NCBI GenBank assembly: GCA_003971905.1
Contig: RSEE01000047.1
Span: 310,001 to 374,000, forward strand
Origin: Moniliella sp. 'wahieum'
Lineage: Eukaryota
Length of the DNA: 64,000 nt
Reading direction: 5' to 3'
The translations under genes were made by a program, and so were the position numbers. Of the stretch, positions 25,862 through 38,465 are shown piece by piece. The stretch's first letter is position 1; every line of letters begins with the position of its first letter. The notes under the pieces are model-generated. The model was not told the DNA's origin. It worked only from the letters and a program-made list of their open reading frames with translations, and ran no database searches.

Positions 25862-27531
25862 ATGCTTGCGCCTCGCCTCCTCCGCCCCTCCGCTCCCGCG
25901 TCCTTGCGGCGCGCCCCCGCATCCTCCCCCGTGCCCGCGCCCCCCTGCCCGCCGTCCGTGCGCTGAGCCTGGCCGCCGCGCCTCGCCGTGCGCTCGCCCG
26001 CCCCGCCGCTACGCCCCTGGCCCTGCGCGGCCTCCACTCGTCTGCGTATGCGCTCGACTCGGTCAAGGTCCCCGAGCTCGCCGAGTCCATCACCGAGGGC
26101 ACGCTCAAGCAGTGGCTCAAGCAGCCCGGCGAGTATGTCCAGGAGGGCGAGGAGATCGCCAGTGTCGAGACGGACAAGATTGACGTAGCATCAATGCGCC
26201 CGTCAGCGGCATTTTGACCAAGACGCTGGCCAACCCCGATGACAACATTGAAGTCGGGCATGAAATTGCCATTATCGAGCCCGGTCCTCCTCCTTCCGGC
26301 GGCGCTGCTGCCCCTGCCCCCCAGGCGGCCGAGCCGCCCGCTGCTTCGTCTGCTCCTGCTGCCCCGGCACCTTCGGGCGCGAGCGAGGGCAAGGCCACGG
26401 GCCCTGTGCAGACTGTCAACGTTCCCTCGCTCGCCGAGTCCATCACGGAAGGCACGTTGAAGCAGTGGCTCAAGCAACCTGGGAGTACGTCAAGGAGGGC
26501 GATGAGGTGGCCAGCATTGAGACGGACAAGATTGATGTGAGCGTCAATGCGCCTGTCAGTGGCTTTGTGCAAGAAACCCTGGCCAAGGAGGGCGACACGG
26601 TCGAGGTGGAACACCCGCTGTTCAAGATCCAGCCTGCAGACGCGCCCGCTGGTGGGGCACCCGCTGCTGCTGCACCCGCGCCTGCCGCCAGCGCCCCTAC
26701 CCCTTCTGCTCCTGCCCCCTCCGCAGCCCCCACACCTGCGCCTGCCGCGCCTTCCAAACCGGCGGCCCCTGCGCCCAAGAAGGATGCTGCGGCTGCTCCT
26801 GTGGAGGAGAAGCCCGTGGCTGGCAGCCGTGCCGTGCACCGGGTCAAGATGAACCGGATGCGTTTGCGCATTGCCGAACGGTTGAAGCAGTCGCAAAACA
26901 CGGCGGCCAGCTTGACGACGTTCAATGAAATTGACATGAGCGGCCTGATGGCCTTCCGTGCGCGCCACAAGGACGCCGTGTTGAAGGCGACTGGCGTCAA
27001 GCTTGGCTTCATGAGTGCCTTCTCCAAGGCGTCGGCGCTGGCGCTCAAGGAGATCCCGGCTGCCAACGCGCAGATCGAGGGCCCTGGTCTCGGCGACACG
27101 ATTGCGTACCACGATTATGTTGACTTGGCCGTTGCCGTGTCGACGCCCAAGGGTCTCGTCCCCCGGTCGTGCGCAACATTGAGTCCATGTCGCTGGTGGA
27201 GATCGAGGCGGCGATCGCTGCGCTGGGCACCAAGGCGCGCGACGGCAAGTTGACCCTGGAGGACATGCAGGGCGGCACGTTTACCATCTCGAACGGGGGT
27301 GTGTTTGGGTCGCTGTTTGGCACCCCGATCCTCAACTTGCCCGGCGCGGCCATCTTGGGCATGCACGGCATCAAGGAGAAACCCGTCGTGGTCAATGGCA
27401 AGGTGGAAATTCGCCCCATCATGGTCGTCGCCCTGACGTACGACCACCGTCTCCTCGACGGCCGTGAAGCGGTCACCTTCCTCGTCAAGCTCAAGAACTA
27501 CCTGGAGGACTTGCCTTCGATGCTGATCTAA
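25862..27531 (+). CDS. KGD2: Dihydrolipoamide succinyltransferase (2-oxoglutarate dehydrogenase E2) with two lipoyl domains
   Basis: Arg/Ala-rich mitochondrial presequence; two [20 protein letters not shown] domains; catalytic domain [58 protein letters not shown]. Several indels. Confidence 0.96.
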
Positions 27532-27648
27532 CTGCCCCCGGCCTAGGGCCCAGCACGGAGGCTGCTGCCAATAAGATAGAAGGCAAGGGTTGGCCCCCAC
27601 GTGCCACCCTGGCTTCCCCTGGATTGACCACCCTGCTTCGACTCCGGA

Positions 27649-27680
27649 CCCTTGACCCTTGACCCTTGACCCTTGACCCC
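27649..27680. repeat. Heptamer microsatellite (CCTTGAC)x4
   Basis: Seen directly, downstream of KGD2. Confidence 0.9.
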
Positions 27681-29472
27681 CCACTATCCCCTCTCTCGGT
27701 ATACGTTTGACGCTTTTGTCGATCATCCCTTCCCCCCTTTCCTTCTCTTCCCTCCCCTCCCCTTTGCCCTTTCCCCCTCATCATTTCCTCTATCTCGCTT
27801 CGGCGTCCACCGTTGGCCACCAAATTGATGCACAGTGTTGGTTAATGCGCATCATTCCCGCTGTTGACGACCTGTAGCACGCGTGACTCTTGTTCTTTCC
27901 TTTGCCCATCTTTTGACTCCATCTCTAACCCTGTGCATTATGCGCCTGCATCCTGCATCCTGCATCCTGCACAACAAGGTCTTCTGCCGTGACGCGTGAC
28001 GGCTTAGCCCGCCGATTGTCTGGAACACTCCCCACTCAGTTTTACAGACCTTTTGTGACCTGCCCGTTGTCGTCTGTTTCCTTTGTTTTTTTTCTTCGTT
28101 CGTTCTCCTTTTTCCTTTCTCCTTCCCCTGCCTCTTGTTTCCGACCTCGAACCTTGAAGTTTGAAGCTTGTTTGCCGCCCGCAAAATTGCCGCCGCCTTG
28201 GCGCCCTGCCTCCTGCCCTTTGCCGATCCTATCTTGCCGTGCTAGCACGACAACCTTATCACGTACCCTAATGAGACCTTGGATGACAAGCTCACCCCCT
28301 CGTACATGTGTGGCCACCAAAACTATTAGCTACAATTAGCTCTATCTACACCCACAATGACTTTTAATGACTGGGCTCAACATGGCTTGCATCCCGCTGG
28401 TCTGCCCACACCCACAGCAGCCCACAGCATAACCTGCATAACCTTGCTCTCATCGGCTTGGTTGTTCTCGCCTTGATGGCACTGAGTGCTGGGCTTCAGT
28501 CCTCAACGTACTCAACTGAGCGATAAGCTTATCTCTCCTCTCCGCCCCCACAGGCCTGTCACAGGCTAACATATACTTCCGAGTACACCGGAGCCCCAAC
28601 GGCCGAAGTACAAGATACCATCCCTGCCGATGAGTATATTCCGGCTCAGCGGCTGCCAGCAGGGCTCAACTTGAGCGGTCAGCTGACTGCTAGCCGGTGC
28701 ACTCAATCCGCTCAGTCGCATCTCTTTCGCCTCTCGGTTCCGTGGCCGGGCCCGTTGGGTCGGCTAGTCACATGCGTCACATGCCATGTCACAGAGGAAG
28801 AGGGGCGGGACTTGGAGAGGAGAGGAGCTCGTGCGGTGAAGTGACCGCGTCACGAGTCCCCGTGACTTGTGGGTGACGGGTGGGGGGACGTGGGCCCCCA
28901 GTAAGCACAGTAAGCGCCAAGCGCTACGTTGTTCTGTGGCCCAGAGGGGCAAGAGAGTAAAAGCTCCAAAAGGGGAAATTGGATCGATGGCACAACAGAG
29001 AAGCGGGAGGGTTGCTACTTGCCTACGGTCGAGATGGCATTGAATATTGAAAGTCGTTGGTTCATGTTTGGTTTATGGTGCCAGGTGCACGATGAGAGTA
29101 CTGAGTGCCTCTGCATGCAACTGGGGATAGGGTGGGGGTGGTGGGGGACTGGTGGGGGTCTCGCCTGGAAATGGGAACCCTGCCGCGCTCACGTGTCTCG
29201 CTGGAAACCCATGTGGATCCGGCCCCATTAGCCGCATGGACCACGTGAACCGTTTGCACCGTTGGTCCCCAGCGCCCAGCACACACATATAAGCTTCCCG
29301 TCGGAGCGAAGCGGGGTGGAGGCTTGGAGATTTAGGGAGGGCAAGGGAGATTGTGCTACGGGTGCTGGTGGTGTATGGACAAGTGTGGTTGCTAATAAAA
29401 GGGCCCACTCCCACGTCCAAAGCTTATTCAACGAGCGAATATTCCTCTCTCAGATCTTAGACCGGCCTCGAA

Positions 29473-29797
29473 TGTCACATGTCACACATGCCACATGTCA
29501 CACATGCCACATGCCCCATGTCACATGCCGCACCTCCCTAGTCGCTACGCTATCTCAGCAGGTGCTGCAGGGCAGATGGGCAGTGTGCACGGCCAGGCAC
29601 CAACAGGGCTCGGGGGCAGTATGGAGCATTCGGTGACCGGCTCTGGCGAAGGGGTGACATGGTGACAAGCGATGCGTGATGGGTGGGGCAAGGCAGCGCT
29701 GTGGCTGGGACGTGGATGGGCATACTTAAGCTTTAAGCTTTCTGTTTCAAGCCTTTTCTAAGCTAAGCCAGAAGCCAAATCATTAATCATTAATCAC
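29473..29797. repeat. Palindromic heptamer repeats (TGTCACA, AAGCTTT, ATTAATC)
   Basis: TGTCACATGTCACACATGCCACATGTCACA.. (29473-29528), AAGCTTTAAGCTTT (about 29728), ATCATTAATCATTAATCA (about 29779). Confidence 0.85.
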
Positions 29798-29994
29798 CGC
29801 CGCATGGTACGTAGCCGTGTTGTTTTCTACAGCACCTACCAGCACCCAGCCTGCCACTGCACCATCCTGCCCTACGGCCCAACGCCCCGCAGATACGCTA
29901 CGCCCTGGTTCCTCCCAGCCAGCAGCGCACGTCCACCACCCACCCTTTTTCTTTTCTTCCTCTCTGGCACCAGCTCTTCGCGCCCCCTAACCCA

Positions 29995-31283
29995 ATGGCG
30001 CTTCCGCGAGAACGACGGCGGCAGGACAGCCTCGTCAGCGCCCTTAGCGCCGACTCATGGGATGCTGCGATCAGCGACATGGAAGCCATTGCCCACCACA
30101 TCCAACTCGGCATGCCACCCAAGTCTGCCGCACGCGCCGTAGCCGTATCCGTCTCTGGCTCCTTCCACCCCACCGGCTACGAAAGCGACCCCATCGAGAC
30201 CGTCACTGTCACCGTGCCCCACCCTCCTCCGCATCCTCGATTTCTCCTCGGGCCCGACGTGCATCTTCCCCCGGCCCGACACCGACATTGCCCCTGCCCC
30301 CCGTACCGCCCTTGCCTAGCGGCCTTCCTGCACTTGCTATCCCCACCTGGGACTCCAGTACAGCCGGAACAGAGGGGACAGCAAGTGTGGATACGGCGGC
30401 AGCAGGGGATCAGCTTACCCCGCCGCTCGATGCTAGCCATCCAGCCCAATCGCCGGCTCCGCTCAGTGACGAGCAGCACAAGCTCTCTACGCCTCTCACG
30501 CCCGTATCTAAATCACCGCAAGTAGCCCTGCAACGGCTCGAAGACGCTTTGCAAACCTTACGTCGCGAATCGAGCTTGTGTCTTCGCCCGTTGCTGGAAG
30601 AACCGAGTAGCCAGCCCGATTCGCCCCCCCCTTCTGTCTCCGCAGGCCGCCCATCACTCGATGCGCGACCTCGCATCCAGTTCGACGGGGAGACGAGGAC
30701 GCGGAGACAGTCACGCGAGGAAAGCCGTCGTGCCAGTCCAACGCCTGGCTGCGCACCATTTGTTCTTCGTCGCCCCGCCCAAGCGCGTGCATCTCAACCC
30801 CTCTCCGTGCCCAAATCTGCCCCGTCCCACATCCAGTCCTTCCCACTCACTGCGCCTCAAGAAGCGGAGGAGGAAGAGGACGAGAGTGAACCAGGAGGGC
30901 GCATGCGTCGGCAGAGTGACGAGCCAGCAGGAAAGGGGGACCGTGCGCCTCGCGCTCGCTCGGTCCCGAGGCTGTCGCCTCGTACCTCGATGCACGTCCA
31001 TGCGCCCATGACGGCGTCGCTTCAACTCGACCTGAACGCGATCCTAGATCGCGTCGCACAGGCCAACAAGATGCGGTTGGAAGACCAATGCGCGCTGCCG
31101 CTTCCCCTACCACCAACGCCGCCAACACTGGCACGCCTGGACGAACCCTTGGCCCGGCCGGAACGGGACGCACCACCCTCCCTCCTTCCCCCGCCTCTCT
31201 CTCGCCGCGCGCGGGTCAAATTTGCTGCATGCCCTGCACCTTCCTCTGTTTCGCAAGCGGAAGAATACCCTTCCACGGTCTGA
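29995..31283 (+). CDS. Hypothetical low-complexity (Pro/Ser-rich) protein
   Basis: ATG at 29995 in a CCAATGG context. Overlapping ORFs 29995-30525 and 30057-31283 imply one frameshifted gene. No recognisable domain. Confidence 0.5.
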
Positions 31284-33857
31284 ATCGGTCGCCGAGCCAA
31301 CGGACCCCGATCGGTCCGAACGAAGGCGCAGCTTGATTCCACGGTTCCATTAACCACACTTGTCTTTCCCCCGTTGCCTCTCCCTCTTGGTGGCTTACTT
31401 ACGCTCCTTGTACCTCCCCACTGTCATTATGACTCGTCCGCGTCATATTCGTACCTGGCCGCGGTTTCATGCTGGCTGGGCCATACCACCCTCTCTCGTT
31501 TGTTACCAAAAGGCCTTCACCCCCCCACACACCGTGTTAGTACTCTGTCACGCTCCTCTCCTCCCCCTGTGGGCATTACATTCATTATCCCTCTGTGCCT
31601 ACCTACCCCGATTGGCCTCATACCAAAATTCACACCCCCTCTCTTCGTGGGCATCCCTCTCTCCATTTGCTGATTACACTGTGTTGGGTCTCCTTGCGGA
31701 TACGCATGTTGGTGCATTCAACTGCGACTTGGCGTCCTTGCGCGCAAAGTGCCCCGCCTTGACTTGTTGCCGCGCTGGAAGAAGAAAAGCGGAGATGCCA
31801 GCTGGACAGCACCTGCAGATATAGGCTTTGCTCAAGTTCGGCGCCTGGAAGCTTATAATCGAATCGACTGCGTTATGCAATCGCAGCGTTGCGCGTTGTG
31901 TTGACAGCGTTTTCCCAGGCAGAAGGCACCTGGCTTCAAGCTTCATGCAATGATGGGCCGGGACGAGTGAATGGATGATTGCTGCATCACCGAAAACCCT
32001 ACCAGACCCTACCCCGCTGTGGCGCCTCCCCGTGCGCTGTTTCGCACAAGGGAAGCACCCCTCGTCTCCGATTCCGGAGAGCTCCTTCTCTCAGATCTCT
32101 TCTCGTTTCCTACCACAAAAACACTCAAACACTGGCCACCACCTGCGGCGACCACTTGCCGTCCCCGGTGCCCCTGCTGTCCCCGCGGCCCGAAACGGCG
32201 GAAGACTAACGCGCTAACGCACCCTGAGCGGTGCTCGGTTCAGGCTCGGTCCCGTGGCCACCGCCACGCCGGGTGTCGGTTGTTTTTTGGTTTTGCTTGC
32301 GCCCCGCACGTCATTTTGCAGCGTCCCCCCCCGAAGCAATGGAAACGTACTGTACCAACAGCAGCCAACAGCCGCCTCCCCACACGCGGATCGTTTCCAC
32401 GCCACTGTCAAAGTACACAGCGGACAGTGTTCACAGTGTTCTGCATCATGATGCAGGATCGACGATGATGCAGGATCGACGATCTGGATGATTCCCATGC
32501 CCAAGACGCCCAAATCTCCACATTTTTGCAGAAGAGAACACCATCATAGGCGCCTCGATGTTCTCCTACAGCACCGGTAGTTTTCAGTAGAACATTCAAT
32601 TCGCCGAAAGGCCAACAGGCACAATGCATGCAGACATGTGCTTGGTCTGGTAGGACCATGTGGTTACAACTGAACGTTACTTCGAACTCATCTCAATACT
32701 ACTCGGGTACTTAGTACGCAGTGCTCAACGTGCTCTGCGTTCAAGACGTGTTCCACGCTTCCTTCCCCGCCACCCTCGTCTTCTCACACGCTGTTGGTCT
32801 TGCTCGCTCTCACCAACACTTGCCGTTTTTTACCGCCCTCGTCACACTCGGGCCCCAGCACCTCTCTGGCCTCAGTAAACTCAGTTCTCAGACCTCAGTG
32901 AGTCACTCTACCAACCATATGGGGCAAGTCCACGAGGCAGTCCACAGGCCTCCCTACCTCATCGATACCTTGGTACAATTGATACAATAGGTGGTTGCCA
33001 GGTAATGCATGTAATGGCTTACCATGTTACCCGTTCAATTGGCCGTTCCTTTCCACGTTGTCCACCCCTGCCTACCTGGCAAAACGTGTGTGTGACGAGC
33101 AACACCACATCTTTGTGGCTCTCACTTGCAGCGATGAGCATCTACTCACACACACGTTACGTGGGTCATGGGAGGTTGGTCGGGTTTCGATTCCTTTCCA
33201 GCGCTTTGCCCTCCAGATGCTGTGACAAGGGAAAACGAGCCCAACACCAGGCACGTTTGCGCCCGACTGCTTACGTGCACGGCAGAAACGGATGCGCCAC
33301 TGTCGGCTGCCTGAGTAACCAATAATCCAGAGGGCTGGCAGTGATGACGGAGCGAGTGGATTGGACGCCGCAGAGGGCCGCCCCGCAGGGAGACTGGAAC
33401 AGGGCGATCGGCTCAAGGAGTTGAAGTGTATAGGCCAACAATAGGCAGAAAGAGGGAGGCAGGCGAGGGGCAATGCGATGGAAGAGGATCAGTGCGCACT
33501 GCTCTCAAGTGGGACGGACGAGGCCTATGCACAGCATATGCAGAGAGGTTTGCATCCCTGCGGCCAAGGTAGATTCAAAAGTAGTTGCCCAGAATGAGTA
33601 TATTTGGAACAGGACGGGGGTATGTAGGAACGGAACGATAAGATGAGAGAGAGGACGAATGGGGAGTGAGAACATCTGGCTTCGCTCACCATATATAGCA
33701 ACCGGGGTGAGGCTGGCCAGGGCGAGGGCTGAAAGGCAGCGCCCGTTGGGCGCGAAAAGCCGCAGGGACTTACCACCAGATGAAGAGCCAGGGCAGTAGG
33801 TAGCAAGCAAGAAGGAGAAAACAATGTGAAAGGAGACTGGGAAGAATGCGGGAAAGA

Positions 33858-35697
<1,840 letters not shown>

Positions 35698-35839
35698 GGC
35701 GGGGGGGGCGGTGGCGAGGCAGCGAGGGAAGGGGGGTGGGCGCGCGCAGATGCGGAGGCGGAGCAGCGCAGTCCAGGAGCTTATCTGTCAGGCGCTGCGA
35801 GGAGAGGTGGGTAGCAGTCTGCGTACAGTGTTGCATTCG

Positions 35840-35922
35840 CTCATGGAATACTCATGGAATACTCACGAGCACGTGTTGCATTCCACTCAGGGAGCGCAGG
35901 CGCACGTGTTGCGTCACGTGGC
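35840..35922. promoter_or_regulatory. E-box cluster in the kinase/VMA3 divergent promoter
   Basis: Three CACGTG within about 55 bp (GCACGTGTTGC twice, GTCACGTGGC), preceded by a tandem CTCATGGAATA x2. Confidence 0.45.
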
Positions 35923-36205
35923 CACCCTTCTCCTGCTCGTCCGCCAGGCGGAATTCGGCGTGGCCAGTTTCAGATTTCAATTCGCACACCGGATCAGTGT
36001 GGGCATGGCGCCAGTGTGCGGCTGGTCCGGCCCGCCCGCCCCCCCTGGTTTGCAGCCGAGCGCCTGCCTTTCCCGCCGCCTGTCTTTCTCCACCACCTTG
36101 GCCTCTGTGCCTGCCCAGCCCCTTCCGTCGCGCAGCTTTTCGATGTGCGTCCCCCCCCCGCCCCGCCGCGCCCTCCGCTGACTCTTGTCCCCTGCGCCCA
36201 GAACC

Positions 36206-36709
36206 ATGCCTGCCACCGACTTCAACACGGAGCTTTGCCCCGTCTACGCGCCCTTCTTTGGCGCCATGGGCTGCGCGGCCGCCATTGTCTTCACCTGCTT
36301 TGGCGCCTCGTACGGCACGGCCAAGAGCGGCGTGGGTCTGAGTGCGATGGGTGTCCTGCGCCCCGACTTGCTCATCAAGTCTATCATCCCCGTCATTATG
36401 GCCGGTATCGTGGCCATCTACGGCCTGGTCGTATCCGTGCTCATCTCGTCTGGCATCAAGTCGCCCATGTCGCTCTACGCCGGCTTTGTCCAACTTGGCG
36501 CTGGTCTCTCGGTGGGTCTGGCTGGTCTGGCTGCTGGGTTTGCTATTGGTGTGTGGGCGATGCTGGTGCGCGGCACGGCCCAACAACCTCGCCTTTTCAT
36601 CGGTATGGTCCTCATCCTCATTTTCGCCGAGGTGCTCGGTCTGTACGGCCTTATTGTCGCCCTGATTATGAACACCCGTGTCCAGGACGACATTGGCTGC
36701 CAGCTCTAA
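36206..36709 (+). CDS. VMA3: V-type H+-ATPase proteolipid subunit c
   Basis: [72 protein letters not shown] including the essential Glu. Apparent 5'UTR intron 36145-36201. Confidence 0.96.
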   Translation: MPATDFNTELCPVYAPFFGAMGCAAAIVFTCFGASYGTAKSGVGLSAMGVLRPDLLIKSIIPVIMAGIVAIYGLVVSVLISSGIKSPMSLYAGFVQLGAGLSVGLAGLAAGFAIGVWAMLVRGTAQQPRLFIGMVLILIFAEVLGLYGLIVALIMNTRVQDDIGCQL

Positions 36710-37430
36710 GTGTTTCGCCTAGGCCTGCTCCTCGAATTCGGGCTTTGCTGCGCTGCTTTGGCTCTCCTTCCCTGGAAGTCATCCTTGGTCCAGCATTGCC
36801 CGCCTTTCATTCCCCCGCATGGTACTCGCCTGAGCGTAAGGTGCGGGAGTGCTTAGACTACTTCCGTTGTATCTACGTGTTCTTGTGCGCACTCGTGGGG
36901 CTCCCTGCTGCGTAAAAGCGTGACATGCAACATTCCTCCCTTCCTCTCGCCCTCTCCCGCCTCTGCTCCTTTCTGGCCCCACCGCTTGGCTCAAGCCAAC
37001 GAAAACCGCATCCAAATCCCCCCATCCTCCCAGGAGAATGCCAATCGGCTCAGTGTAGTTTCGCCTTCCTTGTAGTCGGATCTCCTTTGGTCCCGCCAGG
37101 GGAGGCCGTACCAGAGGCGGAGTCCAGGAGCGTTTTAAGGTAGAGACGGGACTGGGAAAAAAGAGTCGTAGGGTTGGTCATTCATCTTAGGGTCGATCAT
37201 CGAGATCATCGATCATCATCAGGGTTGGCGTCATGGACATCTCACACTGACGCTGTGCCAGGAACCAAACCCCAGGTCGCGCACGTCCCAGCGAGCTAAG
37301 CCTGTACCCGCGGCTTCTTTGCACGATCGTCGACCTTGGTGACGAGCACCTTGGCCACGACCTCCGTTGCTCCCTTTGCCTTTTCGCCTCGCCGAGTCCC
37401 CATTGACCGACGTTTGACCTGTTCAGTACC

Positions 37431-37834
37431 ATGTAAGTGCAGCGCTTGGGCCCTGCTTTTCCCCGTTCGGCGGCCCCTACCGCGCCCTCACACGACCCGA
37501 CCAGCACGCATTAACCTCTTCTCCCGCCTTGCCTAGGGCCCCCGCTCCTCCCCCTGCACCTGGCACCCCCGAGACGCGCCAGACGATTGCTACCTTTGTT
37601 GGCGCTACGGAAGGATCCAAGCGTCCCGGTGGAGCCAAGTACAGTTTTGATGGCGTGAGGGGATCGGGGACGGCCAAGCTCTGCCGTTCCGCACCCGGTG
37701 CCCCCACGCAGTGCATTGACGTGGCAGTGGAGGCGAAGGACTTGTTTGCTACCATGCAAGGGTTCGGATTCTTCTGTCTTCTCCCGCAAGACCCTAGCAA
37801 GACCAACATTGTCTGCGAACCCATCCCGCAATAA
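37431..37834 (+). CDS. Small (about 99 aa) Cys-containing hypothetical protein; start codon split by an intron
   Basis: CAT|GTAAGT (37433)...TTAAC...CCTAG (37536)|G rebuilds ATG in frame with APAPPPAPGTPETRQTIATF...AKLC...CIDVAVEAKDLFATMQGFGFFCLLPQDPSKTNIVCEPIPQ*. Confidence 0.72.
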
Positions 37835-38465
37835 ATACGAACTTTCTGTCCCACTTATGGGGGGGGGGGGGGGGACGAGGGAGGTCTGCTTGGACGAAGT
37901 CTCGCTCGCCCCTTCTCCATGGCGCGCGAGGACTTTTGGCTGGCCCTCGCTTCCCCCGGAACAGGGAGATTGCTCACCCCCTCCCTCCCCGCCTTGACAA
38001 GACTTGTCGCTGGTTGACGCGTTGGTCTGTTTCCCGCCTGGGAAGATGCTCTCTGTATCGTGAACACACAAGTAGCCGGTCCGGCTCAGTGTCAAAAATG
38101 TGCAGCTGTGCCCGCACCGGTCCTGAAAGCGCAGGTGACAGGCTGCTGTTATGACAGGTATTTTGGAAGGGGTGGAGGCAGCAGGGTCCCTACCATTTCC
38201 CCCTTCATTTGCTTGGGAGGAGGGGTTGGGATCGTTTTTTAAATCCGAGAGTTCCGAGCAGATCCGAGCAGTGCGCCACCAGGCACATGCTCGTGCCGAT
38301 GTGCCGAGAGAGAGGGGGCAATAACAGTACGTTGAAGACGAGACATCACCTGTGTAGGATTGCGGCTGGAGTGCTAGTAGCACGCCATTGCTTACCTCCT
38401 CCTCTTCCCTTTCCCCACCACCACCACTCTGGGTTCCCCTCCCTACCCCCCCTTTGTTTCCGGTC

